The notes: generated by a model from the letters alone, not told the origin. A stretch of DNA of 64,000 nucleotides from an uncultured Chloroflexales bacterium (GCA_937918935.1 CAKZSI010000050.1:2736-66735), one strand, 5' to 3'. Shown: positions 8,925 through 20,971, counted from the stretch's first letter. Numbers and translations are program-made.

Positions 8925-9935
8925 TCAATTCAGATCGTCGCCGCTCAGGCTATCACGGAGGATATCCAGGTTTTCCAGGGCCAGACCGGTACCGATCGCC
9001 ACGCAGGAGGCAGGCTGATCGGCCACGTAGCAGGGCACGCCGGTGACTTCGGTGAGCAGTTCGTTGATGCGCCGCAACATTGCGCCACCGCCGGTCATTA
9101 CCATGCCTTTGTCAATGATATCGGAGGAGAGTTCGGGCGGAGTCTCGACCAGCACGGCGCGCACGGCATTCACAATCGCCTCGAGCGGCTCCTGGATGGC
9201 CTCGGTGATCTCGTTCGAGTCCACATCAATCGTGCGCGGCAGCCCGGCCACCTGGTCGCGCCCGCGCACCTGGGTGGTCAGGGGGCGTTCAAGGGGCAGG
9301 GCCGAGCCGATCTCGATCTTGACACTCTCGGCGGTGCGCTCGCCGATGAGCATGTTGTACTTGCGCTTGACATACGCGGCGATGGCTTCATCGAACTTGT
9401 TGCCACCCACGCGCACCGAAGTGCTCACCACAATATCGTTGAGCGAGATCACTGCCACTTCGGTCGTGCCGCCGCCAATGTCAATCACCAGGTTCCCCGA
9501 AGGTTGCGCCACGGGGATATTGGCGCCGATGGCGGCGGCCAGCGGCTCACGGATGAGATAGGCCCGCCCGGCGCCGGCCTCCAGGGCCGCGTCGCGCACG
9601 GCGCGCATCTCGACGCTGGTTACCCCGGCAGGAATACAGATCATCACCTCCGGTTTGGCGAAGCGAAAGCGACCGGCGACCCGCCCGATGAAGTACTTGA
9701 GCATCGCCTCGGTCACCTGGTAGTCGGCGATCACGCCGTTGCGCATAGGGCGCACCACCTCGATGCTCTCCGGCTCGCGCCCGAGCATCGCCAGGGCCTC
9801 GGCCCCTACCGCGCGCACGCGGCCATCTTTGGTGCTCAGAGCCACCACCGAAGGCTCTGAGAGCACGATCCCCTTTCCTTTCAAGTACACCAGTACATTT
9901 GCGGTGCCCAGGTCAATACCGATCTTGCGGGCCAT
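8925..9935 (-). CDS. mreB: Rod-shape-determining actin homologue MreB
   Basis: [28 protein letters not shown] and [11 protein letters not shown]-type motifs. The ATG at 9935 was chosen over the spurious upstream extension to 10229. Confidence 0.95.
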   Translation of the reverse strand: MARKIGIDLGTANVLVYLKGKGIVLSEPSVVALSTKDGRVRAVGAEALAMLGREPESIEVVRPMRNGVIADYQVTEAMLKYFIGRVAGRFRFAKPEVMICIPAGVTSVEMRAVRDAALEAGAGRAYLIREPLAAAIGANIPVAQPSGNLVIDIGGGTTEVAVISLNDIVVSTSVRVGGNKFDEAIAAYVKRKYNMLIGERTAESVKIEIGSALPLERPLTTQVRGRDQVAGLPRTIDVDSNEITEAIQEPLEAIVNAVRAVLVETPPELSSDIIDKGMVMTGGGAMLRRINELLTEVTGVPCYVADQPASCVAIGTGLALENLDILRDSLSGDDLN

Positions 9936-10071
9936 AGATCCTCGATTGTACGTTGCAGCCGGGAACGGCGTCGCAGAAGGCAGGGTTGATGCAACGTCGT
10001 TGGGGCAAGTCTTAAACGTTGTTGTAGGGGATGGTGGCGTTGGCAGCCGATCCCTACACGAAATACCTTTA

Positions 10072-10488
10072 TTACTGGCGCCGTCCAACGTTCTTGAGCC
10101 GCGCCACCTGGAGCCGTACCATTTCCTTGCGCAGCTTGGCTTCGGCAATGGCGGCATCGCGCTCACTCTGGGCCATCTGCTTGCGCTCCTCGGCCAGTTT
10201 GCGCGCCGCCTCGGCGCGGGCCTCATCAATCTCGTCGGCCCGCTCGACCGTATCGGCCAGAATGGTCACCCGCGTGGGCAGCACTTCCATAAAGCCGCCC
10301 GAAACAGCGAAGGGGGTGCGCACCCCGTTCTTGACGATCCCCAGTTCGCCTGGCTCCAGAACCGTCAGCAGCGGGGCGTGACGTGGCAGAATACCCACGC
10401 GCCCGGCCCGCGTGGGGGCGCTGATCAGATCCACATCGTCGGAGAGCACCACCCGCTCGGCGGTGACAATTTCGAGGTGAATGGGCAT
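10072..10488 (-). CDS. atpC: F1 ATP synthase epsilon subunit
   Basis: [42 protein letters not shown]. It is last in the atp operon. ATG at 10488. Confidence 0.9.
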   Translation of the reverse strand: MPIHLEIVTAERVVLSDDVDLISAPTRAGRVGILPRHAPLLTVLEPGELGIVKNGVRTPFAVSGGFMEVLPTRVTILADTVERADEIDEARAEAARKLAEERKQMAQSERDAAIAEAKLRKEMVRLQVARLKNVGRRQ

Positions 10489-10533
10489 GAGGATCTCCTG
10501 AAGCCTGGTGCAGCCTGTCCGAAGAACGTCTGC

Positions 10534-10568
10534 GGGAGCGTGGGGAAACCTGGTTTTCCCACGCTCCC
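10534..10568. repeat. REP-like palindrome copy (atpD-atpC spacer)
   Basis: GGGAGCGTGGGGAAACCTGGTTTTCCCACGCTCCC, followed by TGCCGGAGGGG. Confidence 0.85.
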
Positions 10569-10632
10569 TGCCGGAGGGGAGTATCCGGGAGGAGCTCTGC
10601 CTGAGGCGCACCCCGAATTTCCCGTATTCCTC

Positions 10633-12183
<1,551 letters not shown>

Positions 12184-13062
12184 CTACATTTCGGCGAGCG
12201 CGGCGGCGCCGCTGGAGATCTCCGAGACCTCCTTGGTAATGGCCGCCTGGCGGGCCTTGTTGTAGCTCAGAGTCAGGTCGCGCACCAGGTCCTTGGCATT
12301 ACGGGTGGCGTTGCGCATCGCCACCATCTGCGCCGAGTAGAAACTGGCGATCGACTCGAGAATGGCCTGGTAGATCTGCGTTTCGACGTAGCGGGGCAGC
12401 AATTCATCGAGCACTTCGGCCTGGTTCGGCTCGTAGGTGAAATCAACCTGCCGGCCGCTGCCGCTGTCCTCGGGGGCCTCGACGGGCACGAGTTTCTTGA
12501 GCGTCGGGCGCTGCACCAGCGTATTGATAAACTCGCTGTAAATCAGGTACACTTCGCTGTATTCGCCTGCCTGGACCCGGCTGAGGGCTGCCGTGGCCAC
12601 ACCCAGGATCTGCTCGAGTGAGGGCGCATCGCCGAGCCTGATCGCCTCGGCCTGCAGATTCTGGCCGCTACGGGCGAGAAAGTCGCGCCCTTTTTTGCCG
12701 TAGGCGTAGGTGTCCACCACACGGCCCTGCTGTTGCTGATCGAGGATAAAGCGACCCACCCGGCGCAGGACGTTGGAGGTCAGGCTGCCGGCCAGGCCCC
12801 GGTCGGGAGTGACGACGATCAGGGCAATGCGGCCGGTATCCGGGCGCACCTCCAGAAAGGTGCCGCGGCGGGCGTGGCCCACCACGCGGGCGTTCAGGTC
12901 GCCGATCAGCTCGCGCATGCGGTCGGCGTAGGGTCGCGTCGCCAGCACATTGCGTTGCGCCCGGCGCATCTTCGAGGCTGCGACCATCTCCATGGCGCGG
13001 GTGATCTGGGCCACATTCTTTACCGAGCGGATACGTCGCTTAATTTCGCGGCTGGAAGCCAT
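12184..13062 (-). CDS. atpG: F1 ATP synthase gamma subunit
   Basis: [36 protein letters not shown] and the C-terminal [15 protein letters not shown]. Confidence 0.95.
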   Translation of the reverse strand: MASSREIKRRIRSVKNVAQITRAMEMVAASKMRRAQRNVLATRPYADRMRELIGDLNARVVGHARRGTFLEVRPDTGRIALIVVTPDRGLAGSLTSNVLRRVGRFILDQQQQGRVVDTYAYGKKGRDFLARSGQNLQAEAIRLGDAPSLEQILGVATAALSRVQAGEYSEVYLIYSEFINTLVQRPTLKKLVPVEAPEDSGSGRQVDFTYEPNQAEVLDELLPRYVETQIYQAILESIASFYSAQMVAMRNATRNAKDLVRDLTLSYNKARQAAITKEVSEISSGAAALAEM

Positions 13063-13136
13063 AGTCGCTCCGCTAAAGGCTCACTTATCGCTAAAATTCG
13101 AGAGGGCGCAGATCTCCCGGTTGCTCCCCTCAGGTA

Positions 13137-13225
13137 GGAGCGGGGAGAAACCCGGTTCCTGCCGAACGCTCCTCCCGCCAGGCGAGGAAAGCGTGTTCCT
13201 GGGAGGGCTTTGCCCTGCCGGACCC
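13137..13225. repeat. Degenerate REP-like copy plus GGGAGGGCTTTGCCCTGCCGGACCC sub-element (atpA-atpG spacer)
   Basis: AGGAGCGGGGAGAAACCCGGTTCCTGCCGAACGCTCCT. The sub-element is nearly identical to the one at 20903-20925. Confidence 0.7.
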
Positions 13226-13240
13226 TTCCGGTGCGCGATC

Positions 13241-14806
13241 CTACTGATAGGAACTGGTGGCCTTAAACTCCTTGATCGCCGCCTCCAGGGCGTTCTTCAC
13301 CTCGTCCGAGGGGAACTTCCGGTCCAGGCGATTATCATAGATCAGCTTGCGCACCTCAGGGTGGGCCGAGCGCAGGAAAGCCAGGAAGTCATCGCGCCAG
13401 GTTGTGATGGCCGCGACCGGCACATCGTCGAGGTAGTTGTTGTTGGCGGCGTAGAGAATGGCCACCTGATCCTCGACCGCCAGGGGATGGTACTGCGGCT
13501 GCTTCAGCAGTTCCTGGAGGCGCTGGCCGCGGTCAATCTGGGCCTTGGTGGTCGCGTCGAGGTCGGAGGCGAACTGGGCGAAGGCGGCCAGGTCGCGGAA
13601 CTGGGCCAGTTCACCCTTGAGCTTGCCGGCCACCGAGCGCATGGCGCGGGTCTGGGCCGAGGAGCCGACGCGGCTGACCGAGATGCCAACGTTGAGGGCG
13701 GGGCGCTGCCCGGCATTGAACAGGTCCGCCTCCAGATAGATCTGGCCATCGGTGATCGAAATCACGTTCGTGGGGATGTAGGCCGAGACGTCGTTGGCCT
13801 GCGTCTCGATCACCGGGAGGGCGGTGAGCGAACCGCCGCCATAGTCCTCGTTCAGGCGCGCGGCGCGTTCGAGCAGGCGCGAGTGCAGGTAGAACACATC
13901 GCCGGGGTAGGCCTCGCGGCCGGGGGGGCGGCGCAGCAGCAGGGACACCTGGCGATAGGCGACGGCGTGCTTGGAGAGGTCATCGTAGACGATCAGCGCA
14001 TCCTTGACCAGCTTGCCGTCAACCATCACGCCGTTTTCCATCACCTCTTCGCCCATGGCGCAACCGGCGTAGGGGGCGATATACTGGAGCGCGGCGCTCT
14101 CGGAGGCGGTGGCGGAGACAATGATTGAATAGTCAAGTGCGCCGTACTTCTCGAGAATGCCGACCACCTGGGCCACCTGGGCGCGGCGCTGGCCGATGGC
14201 CACGTAGATGCAGACCATCCCCTGGCCCTTCTGGTTGAGGATAGTATCCACGGCGACGGCAGTCTTGCCGGTCTGGCGGTCGCCGATGATCAACTCGCGC
14301 TGGCCGCGGCCGATGGGGATGAGGGCGTCAATGGCGACGATGCCGGTCTGCACGGGCGTATCCACCGATTTCCGAGTGATCACGCCGGGGGCGATGCGCT
14401 CAACCTCGCGGTAGGTTGTGCCGGTGATCGGCCCCTTGCCATCGAGAGGTTGGCCGAGGGGGTTGACCACGCGGCCGAGCAATCCCTGGCCAACGGGCAC
14501 CGAGATCACGCGGCCGGTGGAGGTGACCATATCGCCTTCCTCGATCGACTCGTAATCGCCGAGGATAATGGCGCCGACAGTATCTTCTTCCAGGTTGAGG
14601 GCATAGCCAAAGATCGACTCAGGGCGACCGGCTTTTGGCGGGAACTCGATCAACTCCGAGGCGCGCACCCGGTCCAGCCCGGAGATGCGAGCCACACCGT
14701 CGCCCACGGCGACAACGGTGCCAACATTTACCTGGCGCGGCTTCAGATCAACCCCGGCGGTGATACTCTGCCTGAGCCGGGAAAGCAACTCATTGGTCGT
14801 GGTCAT
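13241..14806 (-). CDS. atpA: F1 ATP synthase alpha subunit
   Basis: P-loop GDRQTGKTA, 521 aa from the ATG at 14806. Confidence 0.95.
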   Translation of the reverse strand: MTTTNELLSRLRQSITAGVDLKPRQVNVGTVVAVGDGVARISGLDRVRASELIEFPPKAGRPESIFGYALNLEEDTVGAIILGDYESIEEGDMVTSTGRVISVPVGQGLLGRVVNPLGQPLDGKGPITGTTYREVERIAPGVITRKSVDTPVQTGIVAIDALIPIGRGQRELIIGDRQTGKTAVAVDTILNQKGQGMVCIYVAIGQRRAQVAQVVGILEKYGALDYSIIVSATASESAALQYIAPYAGCAMGEEVMENGVMVDGKLVKDALIVYDDLSKHAVAYRQVSLLLRRPPGREAYPGDVFYLHSRLLERAARLNEDYGGGSLTALPVIETQANDVSAYIPTNVISITDGQIYLEADLFNAGQRPALNVGISVSRVGSSAQTRAMRSVAGKLKGELAQFRDLAAFAQFASDLDATTKAQIDRGQRLQELLKQPQYHPLAVEDQVAILYAANNNYLDDVPVAAITTWRDDFLAFLRSAHPEVRKLIYDNRLDRKFPSDEVKNALEAAIKEFKATSSYQ

Positions 14807-14900
14807 GGTGCAGCTCCACACACAGAATGGGAGCACTGGCGCCTGGACGGCGAGCAGGGCGGCAGTGCCGCTCGCCCCGCCGGACCGGCGCCGTGCCCCG

Positions 14901-15392
14901 TCAGCTATTGAGCATGCTCCGCTGCATCGCGCTCAAGCGCGTGCGCAGACTATTATCGAGCACCTGGTCGCCCACGCGAATGATCAGGCCGCCAATGAGG
15001 GAGGGATCGACGTAGAACCTGACCGACACATCGGCACCGTAGCGCCGTTGCAGATCGGCGGTGATGCGTTTGCGTTGCGCGTCACTCAGTTCAACGGCGC
15101 TGGTAACCGCCACCTCAAGTTTTGCGGTGGGCGGGCCGGCGAGGTAGGTCGCGAACACCTCGGTAACATCGCCGACACGATCAAGCAAGCCTTCGCGGGC
15201 AAGACCAAGGAGGAAATTACGCACCTGGGGCAGCGCATTCTTCGGCAGAGCCGCGTCGATGCGCTGCGCCGCATCGGCGGCGGTGACGCCGGCGAGTTTG
15301 GGCGCGGCGGCTCGCAACTGTTCAAGGGCCGTTTCCAGCAGCGATTCGTAGAGGGTGCCAGCGATCGCCCTGGCGTCAACTGTTGTTGCCAT
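14901..15392 (-). CDS. atpH: F1 ATP synthase delta (OSCP) subunit
   Basis: Position between atpF and atpA. C-terminal [26 protein letters not shown] is an OSCP signature. Confidence 0.85.
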   Translation of the reverse strand: MATTVDARAIAGTLYESLLETALEQLRAAAPKLAGVTAADAAQRIDAALPKNALPQVRNFLLGLAREGLLDRVGDVTEVFATYLAGPPTAKLEVAVTSAVELSDAQRKRITADLQRRYGADVSVRFYVDPSLIGGLIIRVGDQVLDNSLRTRLSAMQRSMLNS

Positions 15393-15441
15393 CGTGGTTC
15401 TCGATAAGCGGTCACCGGTGCCAACGGCAGCCGGCGACCGG

Positions 15442-15936
15442 TCAGTTCTGGCGGCCGAGAGCAGCAAGCGACTCTTCTATTAGTTTATCATGCCCGGTCG
15501 CTTTAAGCTCGGCATTCAACACACGGGTTGCGGTGAGCGTCACCAGTTCGGCGATCTCGTCCTTGGCCTCGCGCAACATCTGGCTGCGTTCCTGCTCGGC
15601 CTGGGCGCGGGCCTCTTCGCGGATGCGGTCGGCCTCGCTGCGGGCCTGCTTGATGATCTCGGCCTCCTGGGCCCTGGCACGTTCCTGGGCCTGGGCGACG
15701 ATCTCGGCGGCCTCTTTGCGAGCTTTAGCAATTTCGGCGTCGTAGTCACGCTTAGCCGAGGCCAGTTGCTGCCTGACCTGATCAGCCTCGCGCAGGCTGG
15801 CCTCGATCCGGGCAGTGCGCTCGTTGAGGATCTTCTGGACGGGCTTGTAGAGCAGCACCCAGAGCAACCCCACGATGACGCCAAAGTTGATCAACTGGGC
15901 GAGGAACAGGTTCAGGTTGATCCCTAATGCTTCCAC
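15442..15936 (-). CDS. atpF: Fo ATP synthase b subunit
   Basis: One N-terminal TM helix, then a long charged coiled coil ([15 protein letters not shown]...). Confidence 0.85.
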   Translation of the reverse strand: MEALGINLNLFLAQLINFGVIVGLLWVLLYKPVQKILNERTARIEASLREADQVRQQLASAKRDYDAEIAKARKEAAEIVAQAQERARAQEAEIIKQARSEADRIREEARAQAEQERSQMLREAKDEIAELVTLTATRVLNAELKATGHDKLIEESLAALGRQN

Positions 15937-15962
15937 GCGTCAACCTCCATTGGGGCGAGGGG

Positions 15963-16193
15963 TCACTGAATAACGCCGAAGGCGATCATGAACGAGATCA
16001 CCAGACCGAAGATCGCGAGCGCCTCGGTGAAGGCGATCCCGATAAACATGTAGGTAATGAGCGTATTTTCCATCTCCGGATTGCGGCCCATCGCCTGCAG
16101 GGCGCCTGCCACAATGATGCCGATGCCGATGCCGGGGCCGATGGCTGCCAGGCCGATGGCGAGCGCGGTGGCGATGAGATTCAAGCCTTCCAT
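15963..16193 (-). CDS. atpE: Fo ATP synthase c subunit (proteolipid)
   Basis: 76-aa helical hairpin with a GRNPE loop and the carboxylate in IAFTEALAIFGLVI. Confidence 0.9.
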   Translation of the reverse strand: MEGLNLIATALAIGLAAIGPGIGIGIIVAGALQAMGRNPEMENTLITYMFIGIAFTEALAIFGLVISFMIAFGVIQ

Positions 16194-16262
16194 TGTCTCC
16201 GATCCTCCTGAAATCTACGCTGAACGCATCTCCTCAGAACGATGTATGGTGATCAGGTCGCC

Positions 16263-17228
16263 TCAATGGGCCTTGGAAGCATCGGCGCCGTGCGCCCCTT
16301 CGCCGCCGTGGTGCTCATCGCCGTGGCCACTGGTTGCGATGCTCAGGAAGGCCATCGTGAGCAGGGCGAAGACCAGGGCCTGGATAAAGCCCACGAAGAG
16401 TTCGAAACCGTAGATCGGCATCGGCAGCACGAGCGGCACCAGGAAGGTCAACACCGCGATCAGCACTTCGCCGGCGAAGATGTTGCCGAAAAGACGAAGA
16501 GCCAGCGCGACGGGCTTGATCAGTTCAGAGATGAACTCGATAATGCCCACGAAGGACATAATGCCGTTCAAATTGAAGAACTTTGAGAGGTAGCCGCCGA
16601 AACCGAGGTTGCGGAAGCCCCAGTAGGTGAAGAAGACAAACGAGAGGAGGCCCAGGGCGAAGGTGAAGTTCAGGTCGGTGCTTGGCGGGCGCAGCCAGGG
16701 TATCAGCGAGGTGCCTTCAGGGCAGGTAGTGTAGGGATTATGTTTCTCGGCGGCGGCGGGGATAAGGGCGATAGAACCGGCTTTTGGCCCCTCCTCGACC
16801 AGCGCCAGGCGCGCGGTCTCTTTGTGTTCCTTGGCCATGCACGGTCCGAGCGAGGTGGCGCCGGGGACCAGGCCGAGCCAGTTCGCGGTGAGCACGAAGA
16901 GAAAGATCGTTGCCACCAGGGGCCAGGCGCGATCAATGAATTTCGGGCTGATGTTCTTGAGGAGATTGTAAAGCGCCTCAAGAATGATCTCCAGCACGTT
17001 CTGGAGGCCGCGGGGCACCAGTTGCATGTTGCGGGTGGCCAGCCAGGCCAGCACCACCAGGATGATGTCAACCACCAGCGCTGTAAACAGGGCGTTGGTA
17101 ACCTTGAATCCGCCGATGCTGAAGAGTTTCTCCGCCGCCACTTCGACGTGCGGGTCGCCACTGAAGAGGAAGAAGCGGCTGGCGACCGCGACTGCGAGCA
17201 GCACGATGGCGATTACAAGGAAGCGCAT
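16263..17228 (-). CDS. atpB: Fo ATP synthase a subunit
   Basis: The conserved Arg region LALRLFGNIFAGE. The start is taken at the ATG at 17228 (MRFLVIAIVLL); the ORF could extend to 17294. Confidence 0.85.
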   Translation of the reverse strand: MRFLVIAIVLLAVAVASRFFLFSGDPHVEVAAEKLFSIGGFKVTNALFTALVVDIILVVLAWLATRNMQLVPRGLQNVLEIILEALYNLLKNISPKFIDRAWPLVATIFLFVLTANWLGLVPGATSLGPCMAKEHKETARLALVEEGPKAGSIALIPAAAEKHNPYTTCPEGTSLIPWLRPPSTDLNFTFALGLLSFVFFTYWGFRNLGFGGYLSKFFNLNGIMSFVGIIEFISELIKPVALALRLFGNIFAGEVLIAVLTFLVPLVLPMPIYGFELFVGFIQALVFALLTMAFLSIATSGHGDEHHGGEGAHGADASKAH

Positions 17229-17470
17229 TCGTCCAGACAAGGTTCTACCTCCCTCTCGAGGCATCATTGCGGGCATGCCCGCAAAGCGCGGCAACCGTAT
17301 CTTCGTGGTGCGTGCGTATCCTGGTGCATCCGTGGAACCCCGGCGTCACTGCTGACGCGATCTTGCTTCGTTCCATTCTTCACAAGCAGCATAACACAGA
17401 ATGGACGAACGCACAAGTCGCCGTGTGCGCGCCGTTATCTATATCTCGCGCTGGCGTTTTTCCGCGCGCG

Positions 17471-17499
17471 AGTATACCATAGGCTATCATTCAAGGCAA
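17471..17499 (-). promoter_or_regulatory. Candidate promoter of the atp operon
   Basis: On the minus strand: TTGCCT (17499-17494), a 17-nt spacer, then TATACT (17476-17471). Confidence 0.3.
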
Positions 17500-17534
17500 A
17501 CCTTACGGATCGCGAACAATGCATCACCCTTCGG

Positions 17535-17690
17535 TCCGGGAGGGTTTCGCCCGCGCAGGCCGGTGGAGGGGTATGGGGAAACCGGGTTGCCCCATCTGCT
17601 TGCCGGGAGGGTTTCGCCCGCGCAGGCCGGTGGAGGGGTATGGGGAAACCGGGTTGCCCCTTCTGCTTGCCGGGAGGGTCCGGGAGGATG
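17535..17690. repeat. 67-bp tandem array (2 full copies plus a partial one) of the REP-like element
   Basis: CCGGGAGGG restarts at 17535, 17602 and 17669. Each unit contains ATGGGGAAACCGGGTTGCCCCAT (17572-17594 and 17639-17661). Confidence 0.9.
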
Positions 17691-17711
17691 AGGTTCTCCC
17701 AGAAATAGCAT

Positions 17712-18809
17712 CTAACGGGCAAAAGCCTCACGCAGTTCGCGGATAGCGCGCTTGGCGTTGATCAATACCGCGCCGATCTTGGAACTGGCGACCCTCTTGT
17801 TGAACACCAGCACCAGCAAGAAGCGCTGCATTACATCGAAGCAGTACAGGTCCACGTTGACGCCTTCGTGGATGTAGACGCTGGTGGCGTCCTGCTCGCG
17901 CAACTGCCGGGCCACTTCGCCGGTGGTGGAGAAGCCGGTGGAGAGGAGAGGCAGAACGATCATCATCGGCAGGTTGGAGGCGCTGCCCACCTCCACCAGA
18001 ACCATGCCGGCCCGGTCGGTCAGCATCACGCTCTGGGCGCCCAGATCCTGGGAAAGCTGGCTCATCACCGAGCGAATGGCGCTGATGTTTTGCTCGGTCA
18101 CGACCAGATTGCCGCCACCGCTGCGCCAGGATGGAGAAGCTCCCTCGGCGGGTGCGGAACGCGCGGGCGCACGTTCGGCGGCGGCCTTGCTCCGCGCCGC
18201 CAGGCTTATCCGGCCCGGCGCGGCAGGCGCCGGCGCCGCGTTGCGCTCGGAGAGCGGCGGCAGCACCACCCGGGCCGGGGTAATCGCTGGCCGGGACTCC
18301 GGTGAGTCCTGTGGTGCAATGGGTTCGGGTTCGCTGGCCGATTGTTCGAGATCGGCTGGAGCGGATGCAGGGGGCGCCGGATCGGGAAGGGGGGGCGCAG
18401 CATCGGCATCTGCCTGCGCCTCGACATCGGCAGGCTGCTCCGCCATGGCGGCCCCGGCCCGCAAAGCTGCCTGCAGGGCAGCCACAAGCTCCTCCGGCGC
18501 CAGCGGTCCGTGCAGGACGTGATGCACGCCGACGGCATCGTCAAGGGGCGCGGCTTCTCCCTCGGATGCGCGGTAGAGCACCACCCGCGTCGGAACCTCG
18601 AAATGGGTGATAATCTCAGCCAGTTCCACCCCGCTCTTGCCGGGCAGGTCCACCTCGGCGATGAGAGCTTCGGGCGGTTGCTCCTGTAGTTCCCACAGGG
18701 CCTCATCGGCGGACTCGAAGAGTTGGACCGCCACTTCGTCGCCCATCTGTTGTGGCAGGTTCCGTAGTGCCGAGCTTGCTGCGGCCACTACCATCAGTCG
18801 GTAGGTCAT
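17712..18809 (-). CDS. Receiver-like domain, Pro/Ala-rich linker and Roadblock/LC7 (MglB-like) domain protein
   Basis: N-terminus LIAEVDLPGKSGVELAE (receiver acidic-pocket region). About 120 aa of P/A-rich linker. The C-terminus (VMLTDRAGMVLVEVGS...FLLVLVFNKRVASSKIGAV) matches the Roadblock pattern. Confidence 0.7.
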   Translation of the reverse strand: MTYRLMVVAAASSALRNLPQQMGDEVAVQLFESADEALWELQEQPPEALIAEVDLPGKSGVELAEIITHFEVPTRVVLYRASEGEAAPLDDAVGVHHVLHGPLAPEELVAALQAALRAGAAMAEQPADVEAQADADAAPPLPDPAPPASAPADLEQSASEPEPIAPQDSPESRPAITPARVVLPPLSERNAAPAPAAPGRISLAARSKAAAERAPARSAPAEGASPSWRSGGGNLVVTEQNISAIRSVMSQLSQDLGAQSVMLTDRAGMVLVEVGSASNLPMMIVLPLLSTGFSTTGEVARQLREQDATSVYIHEGVNVDLYCFDVMQRFLLVLVFNKRVASSKIGAVLINAKRAIRELREAFAR

Positions 18810-19197
18810 TGCCTTGTTCTCACAGCTCGCCGTTGGGCCGGCGAGCGTGCTTGTGAAGCTTTGAGGTGAATTACGGGTTTACTATGTGGCTCAAACTCGT
18901 GGCAGGAGTTACGCTGCGCAACGCACGAGCCAGGGCCATGCCAATCCGGTTTCGTGGGGCCTGGCCCGCTTCCCGAGCGCCGGATGTGCGATTGAACGTG
19001 TGTCAGCGTGACCTGGTTCGTACTGCCGATAGTATACCCTATAGCTGTTACGAGCAATGCAAGCAGTCCTGTGCTCAGCCTTCGTTGCCGGGTGCGCTCC
19101 CTGGGCCGACGTTCGCTATGCCAATGCTTCGGCCTTACCGGCAAGCCCCAAACCCGCCGCCGGAGGCGGACATTTCGCCTGCTCCGCTTGCTCACGC

Positions 19198-20868
19198 TCA
19201 GGGCAGGGGCAGGGCGAAGCTGAAGATGCTGCCGCGGCCTTCCTCGCTCTCAACCCAGACCAGGCCGCCCTGGAGCGCGGCCAGGTCGCAGACGATCGCC
19301 AGGCCCAGTCCTGTGCCGCCCTGTTCGCGCGTCAGCGAACTGGCAACCTGATAGAAGCGTTCAAAGATGCGGCCCTGCTGCTCCCGCGGAATGCCGATGC
19401 CGGTATCCTTGACGCGCACCAGGGCCCAGTGCGCGGGCGCGGCGCCCGCAAGGCGGCGCATCGTCGGATTGGCAACGGCGCGAGCAATCTCCGCGGCGAG
19501 GCGTTCGTGCGGCCAGCAGACGACTTCGACGTGGATGCGTCCCCCTGGCGGAGTAAACTTGATGGCATTCTCGATCAGGTTACCTGTCACCAGCAGGAAC
19601 TTCTCCCGGTCAACGTCCAGGATCACCGGCTCGGGGGGCAGGTTCGTACTCAGGTCCTGCCCTTTTTGTTGCGCGGCGGGAATGAGCCGTTCGACCGCCT
19701 GGCGCACCAGCGCATCAAGCGCCGAGCGTTCCAGGGTCAGGGTGGTCTGTTTGCGGTCGAAGTCGCGCAGGTGCAGCAGGTCGTTCACAATGGCCTTGAT
19801 CCGTTCGGCGCCGGTGAGCAGGCGCTGGGCGTATTCGCGCAGATCGCCGCTGCTGCGATCATGCACCATTCTGGCATAGCCCAGCACGATTGAAAGCGGG
19901 CTGCGCAGTTCGTGGGAGGCAATGGCAATAAACTCGCTCTTGAGTCGATCGAGTTCGCGCAGGCTGTTGTAGGCGGCGTCGAGCTGGCTGTAGAGCTGGG
20001 CGTTGTGCAGGGCGTTACCGGCCTGGTTGGCCAGCAGGGCCAGGAACTCGCTGGCCCCGGGCGCGTTCAACGCATCCTCGGCGCCACACAGGAGAAGCGC
20101 ACCAATGGCTGCGCCGTGGGCGCGGAGGGGCACGGCCAGGCCGTAGGTGAGGGGCCTGGCTTCCAGCAGCGCAAGCGGCCCGGCGCTGGCAACCGGCAGC
20201 GGGCGACCGGCGCGAATGCTCTGGGCCACGGCCTCGCGCCCGGCGGGCTGGATCGCGGCGCCAGCGGGTTCGGCGAAGACCCGGGGCGGCAGGTGGTCCG
20301 ATCCGGCGACGAAGAGAAAGCCGGCCTCACCGGGAGCGTGCGCGCGGGCGTGGGCGATAATCTCTCGCGCGAGCTGGTTCCGGTCGAGGATGGCGTTGAT
20401 CGCTTCGCTGCTGCGGAGCAACTCTTCAAGCGCCCGCACGCGCAGGCTCTCCTGCAACAGGCTGCGTTTGTGCAGCGCCTGCTCAACGACGAGGCGCAGT
20501 TCCTCGACCTCGAACGGCTTGGTCAGGTAATCGGCGACGCCGCGGCGCACCGAGGCATGCAGCGTATCAACCGTACTGTGACCGGTCATAATCACCACAG
20601 CGATGGCCGGGTCGATCTCGCGCGCGATCTGGGCCAGTTCCAGGCCGCTGCGCCCGGGCATCCTGATATCGGCGAGCAGCAGATCGAATGGTCCCTGCGT
20701 TTGCAAGGTAGTGATGGCCGCCTCGGCTTCGGCCGCAGTCACGACGGTATAGCCCGTGGCGCTCAGGGCACGGGCGCAGAACGAACTCATCGTGGCGTCG
20801 TCGTCGGCGATGAGCACCCGGCCGGAGTTTGCGGTCACCGAAGAGGGCGCCAGAGGTTCTTGAATCAT
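19198..20868 (-). CDS. Hybrid receiver-GAF-histidine kinase
   Basis: RVLIADDD...LLLADIRMPGRSGLEL receiver, a central GAF-like region, H-box SHELRSPLSIVLGY, then KDTGIGI and GTGLGLAIV. Confidence 0.85.
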   Translation of the reverse strand: MIQEPLAPSSVTANSGRVLIADDDATMSSFCARALSATGYTVVTAAEAEAAITTLQTQGPFDLLLADIRMPGRSGLELAQIAREIDPAIAVVIMTGHSTVDTLHASVRRGVADYLTKPFEVEELRLVVEQALHKRSLLQESLRVRALEELLRSSEAINAILDRNQLAREIIAHARAHAPGEAGFLFVAGSDHLPPRVFAEPAGAAIQPAGREAVAQSIRAGRPLPVASAGPLALLEARPLTYGLAVPLRAHGAAIGALLLCGAEDALNAPGASEFLALLANQAGNALHNAQLYSQLDAAYNSLRELDRLKSEFIAIASHELRSPLSIVLGYARMVHDRSSGDLREYAQRLLTGAERIKAIVNDLLHLRDFDRKQTTLTLERSALDALVRQAVERLIPAAQQKGQDLSTNLPPEPVILDVDREKFLLVTGNLIENAIKFTPPGGRIHVEVVCWPHERLAAEIARAVANPTMRRLAGAAPAHWALVRVKDTGIGIPREQQGRIFERFYQVASSLTREQGGTGLGLAIVCDLAALQGGLVWVESEEGRGSIFSFALPLP

Positions 20869-20896
20869 GCTGGTGGTTTGATCTGGCTAATGACTC

Positions 20897-20971
20897 TGCC
20901 GGGAGGGCTTTGCCTGCCCGGACCCGCGCGGCAGATAGGGGTGTGGGCCAACCTGGTTCCCCCACACCCCT
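20897..20971. repeat. REP-like composite copy
   Basis: TGCCGGGAGGGCTTTGCCTGCCCGGACCC, then AGGGGTGTGGGCCAACCTGGTTCCCCCACACCCCT. Confidence 0.85.

Noticed and set aside
17535-17690. Possible CRISPR array (regularly spaced palindromic repeats)
   Set aside because: There are only 2-3 units. The whole 67-bp unit, 'spacer' included, is repeated almost identically, so there are no unique spacers. No cas genes are present. The palindrome is dispersed singly throughout the window. This is a tandem REP cluster, not CRISPR.
17401-17731. Short ORFs encoding GKPGFP/GETGLP-type peptides (also 26098-26772, 26657-26842, 29090-29386, 32645-32848, 34085-34579, 53563-53979)
   Set aside because: The recurring peptide is simply the translation of the GGGGAAACC..GGTTTCCCC palindrome in different frames. 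These ORFs sit in intergenic repeats and are not credible genes.
18806-19195. 129-aa minus-strand ORF filling the spacer between the hybrid kinase and the receiver-Roadblock gene
   Set aside because: It is extremely Arg-rich at the N-terminus, has no motif, overlaps the stop and start of both neighbours, and lies in a region that looks like promoter/leader DNA. Retaining it as a gene is not supportable.
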